Origin: Pseudobdellovibrionaceae bacterium
GTDB taxonomy: Bacteria; Bdellovibrionota; Bdellovibrionia; Bdellovibrionales; Bdellovibrionaceae
Assembly: GCA_039810425.1 (NCBI GenBank)
Contig: JBDHWW010000011.1
Span: 1-64,000, forward strand
DNA: 64,000 nucleotides
Direction: 5' to 3'
Shown here: positions 25,838 to 34,213 of the stretch, one piece after another
Position numbering within the stretch: position 1 is the stretch's first letter
Layout of the letters: every line of letters starts with the position of its first letter
Notes under the pieces: model-generated
Seen by the model: only the letters and a program-made list of their open reading frames with translations
Database searches by the model: none
What the model was told of the DNA's origin: nothing
Position numbers and translations under genes: made by a program

Positions 25838-27856
25838 ATGGGCTTATTCAAAGGAATTGCCTCGCTTGTTCTAGCGGGATCTTTTTTGTTCTTCACTTCA
25901 AACTCACACGCACAAGGTAAAGATGATCTCGAGTGCCAGTATTTGAGCGCCATCGAAGGTGGGTTCCTTGCAAACCACATCCGCTATTCAAATCGTGATA
26001 GTGAATTGGCAAATCACACTATCGAGCAATATATTAAGCGCATTGATCCTTCGAAAATCTATTTGCTTTCAACAGACGTTGATCAAATCAAAGGCTGGAT
26101 GTCGAATTTGTTTGAGAAGACAAAAAACAAAGATTGTTCCTTCTTAGCTGAAACGCAGAAGTTGTTGGTGAAGCGTGCGGAAGATCGCGCCGCTTTTGCA
26201 AAAACATTCTTGGGCAAAGATTACAAATTTGATCCAAAAACTGAATTCACTTTTGATCCCGATAAAAAGTCTTTTCCTAAAAATTCTGATGAAGCCAATG
26301 ACTTCTTGAAAAAGTACATCCACTTCCAGATCGCGAACTATCAAGCGACTGATATGAAGATGGATGAGGCGAAGAAAAACGTGATCAAGACTTATGATCG
26401 CGCCGTGAAGCGCTTGCGGGACACAAAAGAAACGGACCTGTACTCAGACTACTTGGATAGTTTCGCAAGAGCTTTGGACCCACATTCAAGCTTTTTCTCC
26501 CGCGACAGCTTGGAAGATTTTGAAATTCAAATGCGTTTGTCATTGGAAGGCATCGGCGCCACTCTTTCTTCCCAAGACGGGTTCACTGTTGTCGAGCAGT
26601 TGGTTCCCGGCGGCGCGGCCGCGAAATCTGGTTTGATCGAGCCACAAGATAAAATCATCGCTGTCGGTCAAGACAAAGGCGCGATGGAAAACGTGATTGA
26701 CATGGATTTGAAAGACGTTGTTAAGAAGATCCGTGGCGCTAAAGGCACCAAAGTTCGTTTGACGATCCTCCGCAAAAAAGGTGAAAGCAAACAGCGTCTC
26801 GATGTTTCTTTGACCCGTGAAAAAGTAAACTTGGAGGATGAAGCCGCTTCGATCATTTACCAGGACAAAGAGGTCAACGGGAAAAAGAAGAAGATCGGTA
26901 TCATCAACTTCCCATCATTTTATGCGGACTCTCGCCGCGGCGGACGTTCTTCAGCAGCAGACTTGAAAAAGATCATTAAAGAAGCCAACGAAAAGAAAGT
27001 AGACGGGTTGGTGCTCGATCTTTCTAATAACGGTGGCGGCAGTTTGGAGGATGCGGTGAAAATCGCCGGCCTCTTCTTCAAGACGGGTAACGTTGTAAAA
27101 CAATCCTCTCGTGATGCAAGCCGTGGCGAACAGACTTTGAGTGATACGGATCCCGCAGTGGACTGGGCGGGGCCGTTGGTTCTTCTTACAAGCCGTATCA
27201 GTGCTTCCGCTTCCGAGATCGTTGCCGGTACCCTGCAAGATTACAAGCGTGCGGTGATCGTAGGCGGTGACCATACGTTCGGTAAAGGGTCTGTTCAGTC
27301 AGTCTTGCCGATGCCCAAAAACCTAGGTGCTTTGAAGGTGACTGTCGGCATGTTCTTTGTACCGGGCGGCAACTCGACTCAGCACCGTGGTGTTGAAGCC
27401 GACGTTGTATTGCCGGGCCCTTACAGCACCGATGATATCGGTGAAAAGTTCCTGGACTACTCTTTGCCTCCGCAAAAGATCGCTCCTTTCTTGTCACCTG
27501 AAGCTTATGTCAAAGAAGGCTCGGGCGCCTGGTCCATGATCAAGCCTGAGTGGATCAAGTCTTTGCGTGATAAGTCGGTTGCTCGGGTTGAAAAGAGCGA
27601 TGACTTCAAGAAGATCGAGGACGAGTTGAAGAAGGCAAAGGCCCGCGGCAAGTTGATTAAAGTCAGCGAAGTTCTGAAAGATAAGAGTGAAACCAAGAAT
27701 AAAAAAGAAAAAGAAAAGGTGGCCCGTTACGGCAATAAAGATCAGAAGAACAAAGAGTACTTGAAACGTCCGGATGTCAATGAGGCCACCAATGTTTTGA
27801 TGGACTTGATGGAGTCAGAAGTGGCTCAGCCGACGGGTAAGCAGGCGGCGAATTAA
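25838..27856 (+). CDS. prc: carboxy-terminal (tail-specific) processing protease, S41
   Basis: Signal peptide, LDPHS, PDZ (LEGIGA), DL.NNGGG, SASASEI, TFGKGSVQ, STQHRGV. Confidence 0.92.
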   Translation: MGLFKGIASLVLAGSFLFFTSNSHAQGKDDLECQYLSAIEGGFLANHIRYSNRDSELANHTIEQYIKRIDPSKIYLLSTDVDQIKGWMSNLFEKTKNKDCSFLAETQKLLVKRAEDRAAFAKTFLGKDYKFDPKTEFTFDPDKKSFPKNSDEANDFLKKYIHFQIANYQATDMKMDEAKKNVIKTYDRAVKRLRDTKETDLYSDYLDSFARALDPHSSFFSRDSLEDFEIQMRLSLEGIGATLSSQDGFTVVEQLVPGGAAAKSGLIEPQDKIIAVGQDKGAMENVIDMDLKDVVKKIRGAKGTKVRLTILRKKGESKQRLDVSLTREKVNLEDEAASIIYQDKEVNGKKKKIGIINFPSFYADSRRGGRSSAADLKKIIKEANEKKVDGLVLDLSNNGGGSLEDAVKIAGLFFKTGNVVKQSSRDASRGEQTLSDTDPAVDWAGPLVLLTSRISASASEIVAGTLQDYKRAVIVGGDHTFGKGSVQSVLPMPKNLGALKVTVGMFFVPGGNSTQHRGVEADVVLPGPYSTDDIGEKFLDYSLPPQKIAPFLSPEAYVKEGSGAWSMIKPEWIKSLRDKSVARVEKSDDFKKIEDELKKAKARGKLIKVSEVLKDKSETKNKKEKEKVARYGNKDQKNKEYLKRPDVNEATNVLMDLMESEVAQPTGKQAAN

Positions 27857-27911
27857 TCTCGTTGTTTTACAAGAGTTTATAAAAAGCCCTGGAAGCGACC
27901 CTCTTACGATG

Positions 27912-27948
27912 ACCCACATCTTTTACCGGATGTGGGTTTCGTTTTTTT
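27912..27948 (+). terminator. intrinsic terminator
   Basis: ACCCACATC-TTTTACCG-GATGTGGGT followed by TTCGTTTTTTT. Confidence 0.7.
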
Positions 27949-28125
27949 AAAGACAGAGTTTTGGGAGCATAGGGTCCCGCTTTCCCGCAAACTTTGCCCC
28001 CGTGAGGTCCCTCTGATCTTGTGCATTTTGGGAAGATCTTCATTGCTATACGCGTCAATGGGGTTTCTGCGCGACAAAAGCCTTCGTTATCGCTTAGATA
28101 TTTCTACTTTTGGAGGCTCATAGAA

Positions 28126-29232
28126 ATGTCTAAAAAGACCACGAAATCCAGTGCCAAGGCTAAAGCGCCGACTAAGCCAGTATTGGTGAAGGCGGCCACT
28201 AAGGCCAAGAAGGCAGCGCCTAAAAAATCAAAATCTGATTTTGGTGGATTGTCTGAAGAACTTTTGCTGAAAATGCACAATTTGATGGTGAAATCTCGCG
28301 TGCTCGAAGAGCGCGTGATTAAGATTTACAAAGCTGGTGAGGGTTACTTCTGGATTGGGGGGCCGGGTGAGGAGGCTTTCGGTGTTCCACTCGGTCTGCT
28401 TGCTCGCAAAGGTCAAGGTCTGGCCTATGACTGGTTCCATTTGCATTACCGTTGTACACCAACCATGGTGGCTCTCGGCATGCCGATGATCGATGCGACT
28501 CGCTTGATGATGAACCGTGTGACGGACCCATCAACAGGTGGCCGTAACTTCGCAGGTCACTATTGCTTTCCTAAGTGGAACGTGGCGCCTGTGACTTCTC
28601 CGATCGAAGTTCAGTATCCGTTGGCTTGTGGTACGGCGCACGCGCAAAAGCGTGCCGGGCACAAAGCGATTAGCATCGTCACTGGTGGTGACGCTGGAAC
28701 CGCGGAAGGTGATTTCGCGACTTCTTTGATTTGGGCTTCTCGTAAAGGCCAAGAGCTTCCGGTGTTGATGACAGTTCAGAACAACGGTTTCGGTATTTCA
28801 ACTCCGTATGAAGGCCAGCACGGTGAAACGCAAATCGCGGATCGTGCAAAAGCTTTCAATATCCGTTCACGCGTGATTAACGGCAATGATCCTGTTGAGG
28901 CATATCTCGCTCTTGAAGAGGAGATGGAATACATCCGTAAAACGGGTAAGCCATCTTTTGTTGAAGTTTATGTTTCCCGTTTGTACGGTCATTCTTCTGC
29001 AGACGGTGCGAACCGTAAGACAGAATTCGTCGATCCCGTATTTGTTTTTGAAAAGCGCTTGCTCGATGCAGGTATTCTGACAAAAGAAGAGTCCGCAAAA
29101 ATTTGGGAAGGATACGAGGCAGAGGGCGTTGAAGCTCAAGTTCAGGCACGTAGCGAGCCAAGCCCGTCGGCAGACTCGGTGTGGGATCATGTTTATGTGG
29201 GAAATGAAACTGCCGATTGGAGGAAGTTCTAA
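28126..29232 (+). CDS. 2-oxoacid (probably branched-chain) dehydrogenase E1 alpha
   Basis: TPP-binding GDA..AEGDF...QNNGFGIST, RLYGHSSAD; Lys/Ala-rich N-terminal extension; GGAGG SD. Confidence 0.88.
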   Translation: MSKKTTKSSAKAKAPTKPVLVKAATKAKKAAPKKSKSDFGGLSEELLLKMHNLMVKSRVLEERVIKIYKAGEGYFWIGGPGEEAFGVPLGLLARKGQGLAYDWFHLHYRCTPTMVALGMPMIDATRLMMNRVTDPSTGGRNFAGHYCFPKWNVAPVTSPIEVQYPLACGTAHAQKRAGHKAISIVTGGDAGTAEGDFATSLIWASRKGQELPVLMTVQNNGFGISTPYEGQHGETQIADRAKAFNIRSRVINGNDPVEAYLALEEEMEYIRKTGKPSFVEVYVSRLYGHSSADGANRKTEFVDPVFVFEKRLLDAGILTKEESAKIWEGYEAEGVEAQVQARSEPSPSADSVWDHVYVGNETADWRKF

Positions 29233-30287
29233 TGGCGAGTGTAGCACAGGCCATTAGAATGGCCCTTCACTATGGTGAAAAGCATCTCGGTGTTAAAGAT
29301 ATCTTTGGTCAAGACGTGGGTGCGCCTCTCGGGGGAGTTTTCACGGCGACGCAAGGTTTGAAGACCGCTTGGAATTCTCCACTGGATGAACGCGGTATCA
29401 TCAGCATGGCAATGGGTATTGCGATGACGGGCGACCGTTGCGTGGCCGAGATTCAATTCGCGGACTATATTTTTAATACAATCGATTTGCTTAAAATTGC
29501 GGGTAATACTTTGTGGGTGACGAACGGACAGGTTGAGTTGCCAATGGTCGTGATGACTCCCGTCGGCGCGGGGATCTTCGGGTCTATTTATCACTCACAT
29601 TCATTCGATGCATGGGCATCCCGCTTACCGGGCTGGAAGATCGTGATGCCCTCAAATCCACTCGACGCTTACGGCTTGATGCTTGCGGCAATTCAGGATC
29701 CGAATCCGGTATTGTATCTTAAGTCAAAAGCTTTGATGCGCCATAAAGGCGATGAATTGATCCCGGGTGAGCCTGCGGATGAAAAAGAACTCAAAGCTAT
29801 GATTGATAAGCCAGTTCAGAACTTCACTCACTGGAAAGCGAAGTGGCCGGAACTCGAAGAGTACATCGTACCTATCGGTAAAGGTAAAATCACTCACGGG
29901 GGTGAGCACATCACGGTTGTTACCTACAGCCGCATGGTGCACCTGTGCGATGACATTGCGAAGAAATTGGCGGGAGAAGGTATTTCTGTTGAAGTGATCG
30001 ATCTTCGTTCTATTTACCCTTACGACTGGCAGATGATTAAAGCATCTGTTGAGAAAACGGGCCGTGTCCTCTTTGTAAACGAGGACACTGAAGTGACAAA
30101 CTTCGGTGAGCACTTGGCTTACAGGACAACGCAAGAATGTTTCTATAATTTGTTGGCTCGTCCTCGCGTCGTTGCGGGTAAGCATCTTCCAGGTATTGGT
30201 CTGGCGCCAAATCTTGAGAAGAACTCAGTACCGCAAATCTCAGATATAGAAACAGCGATCCGTGACGTCGTAGCGGAAGTTCCTTAA
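29232..30287 (+). CDS. 2-oxoacid dehydrogenase E1 beta
   Basis: GQDVG..GGVF.ATQGL, EIQFADY, YHSHS, PSNP.DAYGL, EVIDLRS, SVEKTGR; TAATG coupling to the alpha subunit. Confidence 0.9.
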   Translation: MASVAQAIRMALHYGEKHLGVKDIFGQDVGAPLGGVFTATQGLKTAWNSPLDERGIISMAMGIAMTGDRCVAEIQFADYIFNTIDLLKIAGNTLWVTNGQVELPMVVMTPVGAGIFGSIYHSHSFDAWASRLPGWKIVMPSNPLDAYGLMLAAIQDPNPVLYLKSKALMRHKGDELIPGEPADEKELKAMIDKPVQNFTHWKAKWPELEEYIVPIGKGKITHGGEHITVVTYSRMVHLCDDIAKKLAGEGISVEVIDLRSIYPYDWQMIKASVEKTGRVLFVNEDTEVTNFGEHLAYRTTQECFYNLLARPRVVAGKHLPGIGLAPNLEKNSVPQISDIETAIRDVVAEVP

Positions 30288-31129
30288 TGGCAGCAAAGCT
30301 TGAGATTCATCGTAAGAAAGTACGCCGTCGTGTAAATAAAAAACGCGCGCGTATCGTGTTTGATAAATACGATCTTTACCGCCGTGCTGTTCAATCTGCG
30401 GAAAACGACGTTGTTTTTATCCGTGATACGTATAAGGAACTTAAGAAACGTAGCGCGCGGACGTTTCGCGAAGACTTCTGCGGAACTTTCGCATTATCGA
30501 CGGAGTGGATTAAATTGAATCCTCGTCACGAGGCTGTGGGTATTGATCTTGATCCGGAGCCAATGGCTTACGGAAAGACGCATTACTTGTCTAAGCTCAA
30601 AGCGGAACAACAAAAGCGCATGAGCTTGCTTGAACGAAACGTGCTGCAGCCGAATCTGCCAAAGGCAGATATCGTGGCGGCGATGAATTTCTCATATTTC
30701 TGTTTTAAGTCCCGTGAGGTGATGAAGCTCTACTTTGCCAACGTTTACAAAACGCTTGGTAAGGACGGTATTTTCCTTGTGGACTGCTTTGGCGGTTCCC
30801 AATGTCAGGGGCCGATTGAAGATACAATCAAATTGGATGGCTTTACTTACTACTGGGATCAAAGTAATTACGATCCTGTGAGTGGCGAGGCTTTATTCTA
30901 TATTCACTTCAGAGTGGGTAAACAGAAGATTGAAAAGGTTTTTACTTACGACTGGCGTGTGTGGTCTATTCCAGAGCTTCGTGAAATTATGAGCGAGGTG
31001 GGTTTTAAAAAAACTCATGTGTACTGGGAAGGAACTGCGAAAGACGGATCGGGTGATGGCGTATTCACCCGTACTGAAAAAGGCGAATCCTGCGACAGCT
31101 GGATCGCTTACATCGTTGCTGAAAAATAA
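30287..31129 (+). CDS. class I SAM-dependent methyltransferase
   Basis: REDFCGT (motif I variant), GIDLD, AMNFSY, FTYYWDQ, FTYDWRVWSIPELREI; TAATG overlap. Confidence 0.8.
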   Translation: MAAKLEIHRKKVRRRVNKKRARIVFDKYDLYRRAVQSAENDVVFIRDTYKELKKRSARTFREDFCGTFALSTEWIKLNPRHEAVGIDLDPEPMAYGKTHYLSKLKAEQQKRMSLLERNVLQPNLPKADIVAAMNFSYFCFKSREVMKLYFANVYKTLGKDGIFLVDCFGGSQCQGPIEDTIKLDGFTYYWDQSNYDPVSGEALFYIHFRVGKQKIEKVFTYDWRVWSIPELREIMSEVGFKKTHVYWEGTAKDGSGDGVFTRTEKGESCDSWIAYIVAEK

Positions 31130-32011
31130 TTACTGAGCAGCGCCGCTGCCACTCGTAAAGTTATAGAGGCTTGGACCGCTTCCTGCAGGAGCGCTGCTCT
31201 TAGGCGCGGAGCCGGAAGGCTTTATATTGGACTGGCGACTCACCTCACAGAAACTCTTGCCGTCGTCGTAGTTTGGTAGGGCGCAGGAGCTTTTCAAAGC
31301 TTCACAGAGCCGAATGCTCTCTGGGCTGCGTGTTCCATTGTGTATAAGGGCCGGGTTCTTTGCTTGCATTTCTTTTACCTGTCTAAAACACTCTTTTAGA
31401 TCTTCAGAGTAAGATCCATTTTTTATTGCTGCATTGAAGAATTTTTGGCGTTGATCAGGAGTGCTTCCTGAAAAGGTATCATTTTGAAATATGGCTTTAA
31501 TGTCATCCATGCTGTTAAAGCCCAGTTGTTTTACAAGCATTTCGGTTTCTCGAGTATTGAAGGCACTTTGTGAAGTGTCGGCATTGACAGGTTTTGTTCC
31601 CGTCCCAAGGACCATTAAGGCCACGTTTTTAGGAGCGCCTTCTTTCATGCCTTTTCCGCCGTAGCCCACAGATCGGGCGATCGCCTGTCCGTTAGCGTCT
31701 GTGAGCTCTGATAGGCAAAAACCATTGGCTTGAATAAATTCGATTATTTTTTGCTGATATGCTATTCTTTCCAAACCGCCGGTGCCATTCGTACCTTTTT
31801 GGAATCTCTGCATTCCAAAGCCAACAAGTGCTAAAAATTTTGCTGAAGGAGTCAGGCCCGGGCTTCCTCCACGCCCCGTCGCGGTCTCCACACCATCGGA
31901 AATGCATTCGAGTTCTGCAGTTTTAAGAAAAATAGAGTCATTGAATGCGTGGGCGAAAAACGGTAAAATGATCAAGCTAACCGCGACTGCGGATTTTGCA
32001 AAACGAAGCAT
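31130..32011 (-). CDS. secreted hypothetical protein
   Basis: GAAGGGGG SD; signal peptide ending AHA; its stop abuts the convergent gene's stop. Confidence 0.7.
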   Translation of the reverse strand: MLRFAKSAVAVSLIILPFFAHAFNDSIFLKTAELECISDGVETATGRGGSPGLTPSAKFLALVGFGMQRFQKGTNGTGGLERIAYQQKIIEFIQANGFCLSELTDANGQAIARSVGYGGKGMKEGAPKNVALMVLGTGTKPVNADTSQSAFNTRETEMLVKQLGFNSMDDIKAIFQNDTFSGSTPDQRQKFFNAAIKNGSYSEDLKECFRQVKEMQAKNPALIHNGTRSPESIRLCEALKSSCALPNYDDGKSFCEVSRQSNIKPSGSAPKSSAPAGSGPSLYNFTSGSGAAQ

Positions 32012-32122
32012 GACGCCCCCTTCATGAAAGATTCTATAAGGATAGTATGCTTTAGAGTGGTTGTTTCTCACAAGGCCGGGTTCTTTGGGAAACTGTTCCG
32101 GCCTGAGCTTTGGTCCAGGGAC

Positions 32123-32647
32123 TTATTTCAAGTGGGCTTTGAGTTCTTCAGATTCAAACAAAGCTCCGAGTTTTAAGCCCGCTGCTTTGAGTTTTTCTTC
32201 TCCACCGCCCCTGTGGATCACACAGAGAACATCAGAGACCTTTGCGCCCATCGAACGTAGATCTTCTGTGCTGAGCAGAACTTGGCCCCCGGTGGTCACG
32301 ACGTCTTCGATGATACAAAGCCGCAGGCCTTTAATATCGAGTCCTTCGGCAAACTGACAGGTACCATAATCTTTGGCCTTCTTGCGAACAAAGACGCAAG
32401 GAATGCCAGTCAGAAGCGACAGCGCCGTCGCTACGGGAATGCCGCCCATTTCAAGGGCAGCGAGTGCTTGCGTTCCTGGTGGAATCAAATCACGCAGATG
32501 CTCGGCGATTTGCTTGAGCAACTCAGGACGAGCTTCGAAGCGATACTTGTCGAAGTACTCGTTGGAAGTCGTACCGGATCGGAGTTTAAATTCGCCCGTG
32601 AGATGGGCCACTTCATAAATCTTTTGTGCGAGTTCTTTCTTGTGCAT
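32123..32647 (-). CDS. pyrE: orotate phosphoribosyltransferase
   Basis: GEFKLRSG.TSNEYFDKY, FVRKKAKDYGT, PRPP loop IIEDVVTTGG. Confidence 0.93.
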   Translation of the reverse strand: MHKKELAQKIYEVAHLTGEFKLRSGTTSNEYFDKYRFEARPELLKQIAEHLRDLIPPGTQALAALEMGGIPVATALSLLTGIPCVFVRKKAKDYGTCQFAEGLDIKGLRLCIIEDVVTTGGQVLLSTEDLRSMGAKVSDVLCVIHRGGGEEKLKAAGLKLGALFESEELKAHLK

Positions 32648-32967
32648 TAAAAGAGATTCCCTTTGAGCCATCTTACATAGGCTTCGGAACCTTTTTCAAT
32701 CGGAAGAGTCAGAATACAAGGCGTGTTAAAGGGATGCAGAGACTCGATGCGGGCGGTAATACGCGCAGAAAGTGCCGTCGTGGATTTCAAAATCAAAACG
32801 ACTTCTTTGGCAGAGTCGATTTTTCCCTCCCACCAATACAAAGACTCCATGCCCGGCAAAATATTTGCGCAGGCAATCAAACCATCTTCAAGCAGGGTCC
32901 TGGAGATTTTCTTTGCGGTCTCGGTGTCTGGGCAGGTGACATAGTATAGGCTGATATCGTCGGCCAT
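32647..32967 (-). CDS. cutA: divalent-cation tolerance protein CutA
   Basis: YVTCPD, LIACANI.PGMESLYWWEGKI, HPFNTPCI. Confidence 0.92.
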   Translation of the reverse strand: MADDISLYYVTCPDTETAKKISRTLLEDGLIACANILPGMESLYWWEGKIDSAKEVVLILKSTTALSARITARIESLHPFNTPCILTLPIEKGSEAYVRWLKGNLF

Positions 32968-32975
32968 AGGTCCCC

Positions 32976-34013
32976 TTAGCTGCGGCGGAGTTGCTTCTTG
33001 CGGATTTGCCACTGGTCCAACGCATATTTACGCATGTCTTCGATGTTATCAAACTCATCGACAATCTCAACACCCAGAAGGGTTTCGACCGCGTCCTCAA
33101 GAGTCACAAGTCCTGTGGTGACACCGTATTCATCCACGGCAAGTGCCAAGTGCTCTTTTTCTTTAATGAAGAAATCCAAAACCTGAGCCACGGTCAGGCG
33201 CTCAGAAACAGACGCAATCGGCGTCACGAGGTCAGAAACTTGTCGCGTGTGCTGGTCATCAGAAGACGCTTCCAGGATTTTATAACGATGAGTAATACCG
33301 ATGATGTTATCCAAGCTGTCACGATAAACAGGAATACGCGAAAAGCGCAGTGGAACATACTTATTCACAACCTCATCCACGGTGATATCCGCCTCGAGCG
33401 CAAAGAACACGGATCGCGGAGTCATGATGTCAGAAACGTAGATTTTATCGAGCATCAAAAGGTTCTTAATAACGTTGGATTCTTTGGTCTTGAGAGTGCC
33501 TTCCTCCGCACCTAGTTCCGCGGTCATAATCATCTCTTCGCGAGTGACCTCGGGCACGTCAGGCTTTGCGACGAGTTTGCCAACGAATTGTGAAAAGCTC
33601 ACCAGCGGGTAAAGGACGAAGATCATGGCTTGGATCAAGTAAGCCGCAAAAGGTGCGATCACTTTCCAGTAAGAAGCGCCAATACTTTTTGGCAGAACTT
33701 CAGACATGATCAAAATCATGAACGTCAGAATGAATGAAGACAACGTGACAAAGTCTTCGCCGTAAAGCTGTTGAACCTTGAACGCAATCGCCGAAGATCC
33801 GAGGGTGTGGGAAATCGTATTCAAAGTCAGGATCGCCGAAAGGGGACGATCAAGGTTTTCCTTCAAATGTTGAAGAAGCAAACCGCTGCGTTTTTTGTTT
33901 TGCACGGCCACCGCGACATAGGCGGGTGAAACGGAAAGAATCACGGCTTCCAGGAGTGAACATGTGAATGAAATCAAGAGAGTAACGCAAAATAAGAGAA
34001 CAATTGTGGTCAT
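32976..34013 (-). CDS. CNNM/DUF21 + CBS domain membrane protein
   Basis: SFTCSLLEA, AILTLNT, SEVLPKSIG, DIMTPR, FSRIPVY, VDEYG..TGLVTLED.VE.LLG.EIVDEFD. Confidence 0.92.
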   Translation of the reverse strand: MTTIVLLFCVTLLISFTCSLLEAVILSVSPAYVAVAVQNKKRSGLLLQHLKENLDRPLSAILTLNTISHTLGSSAIAFKVQQLYGEDFVTLSSFILTFMILIMSEVLPKSIGASYWKVIAPFAAYLIQAMIFVLYPLVSFSQFVGKLVAKPDVPEVTREEMIMTAELGAEEGTLKTKESNVIKNLLMLDKIYVSDIMTPRSVFFALEADITVDEVVNKYVPLRFSRIPVYRDSLDNIIGITHRYKILEASSDDQHTRQVSDLVTPIASVSERLTVAQVLDFFIKEKEHLALAVDEYGVTTGLVTLEDAVETLLGVEIVDEFDNIEDMRKYALDQWQIRKKQLRRS

Positions 34014-34021
34014 AGATTTAG

Positions 34022-34036
34022 GTGGTATTATACCAC
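34022..34036 (-). promoter_or_regulatory. extended -10 promoter inside a 7-1-7 palindrome
   Basis: Minus strand GTGGTATAATACCAC contains TGnTATAAT ending 13 nt before the ATG. Confidence 0.6.
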
Positions 34037-34213
34037 GCGACAGCAAAACTTTGTCCAGTGGTCCTTGACCCTTGACGCGGGACTTAGGTCTGGAGATTAG
34101 TAAATAAGCACTCTATATCTGCGCATAATCAAAAAATGCATGAAAGTTAGGCTTGTTGTTTGTTTTCCAGTACAGAGTGCTCTCTTAAAATGTCCCTTTA
34201 GATTTTTTTCGCC

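Noticed and set aside
32976..34013. 'Hemolysin' toxin
   Set aside because: CNNM/CBS proteins are Mg2+/Co2+ transport-related; the hemolysin label is historical.
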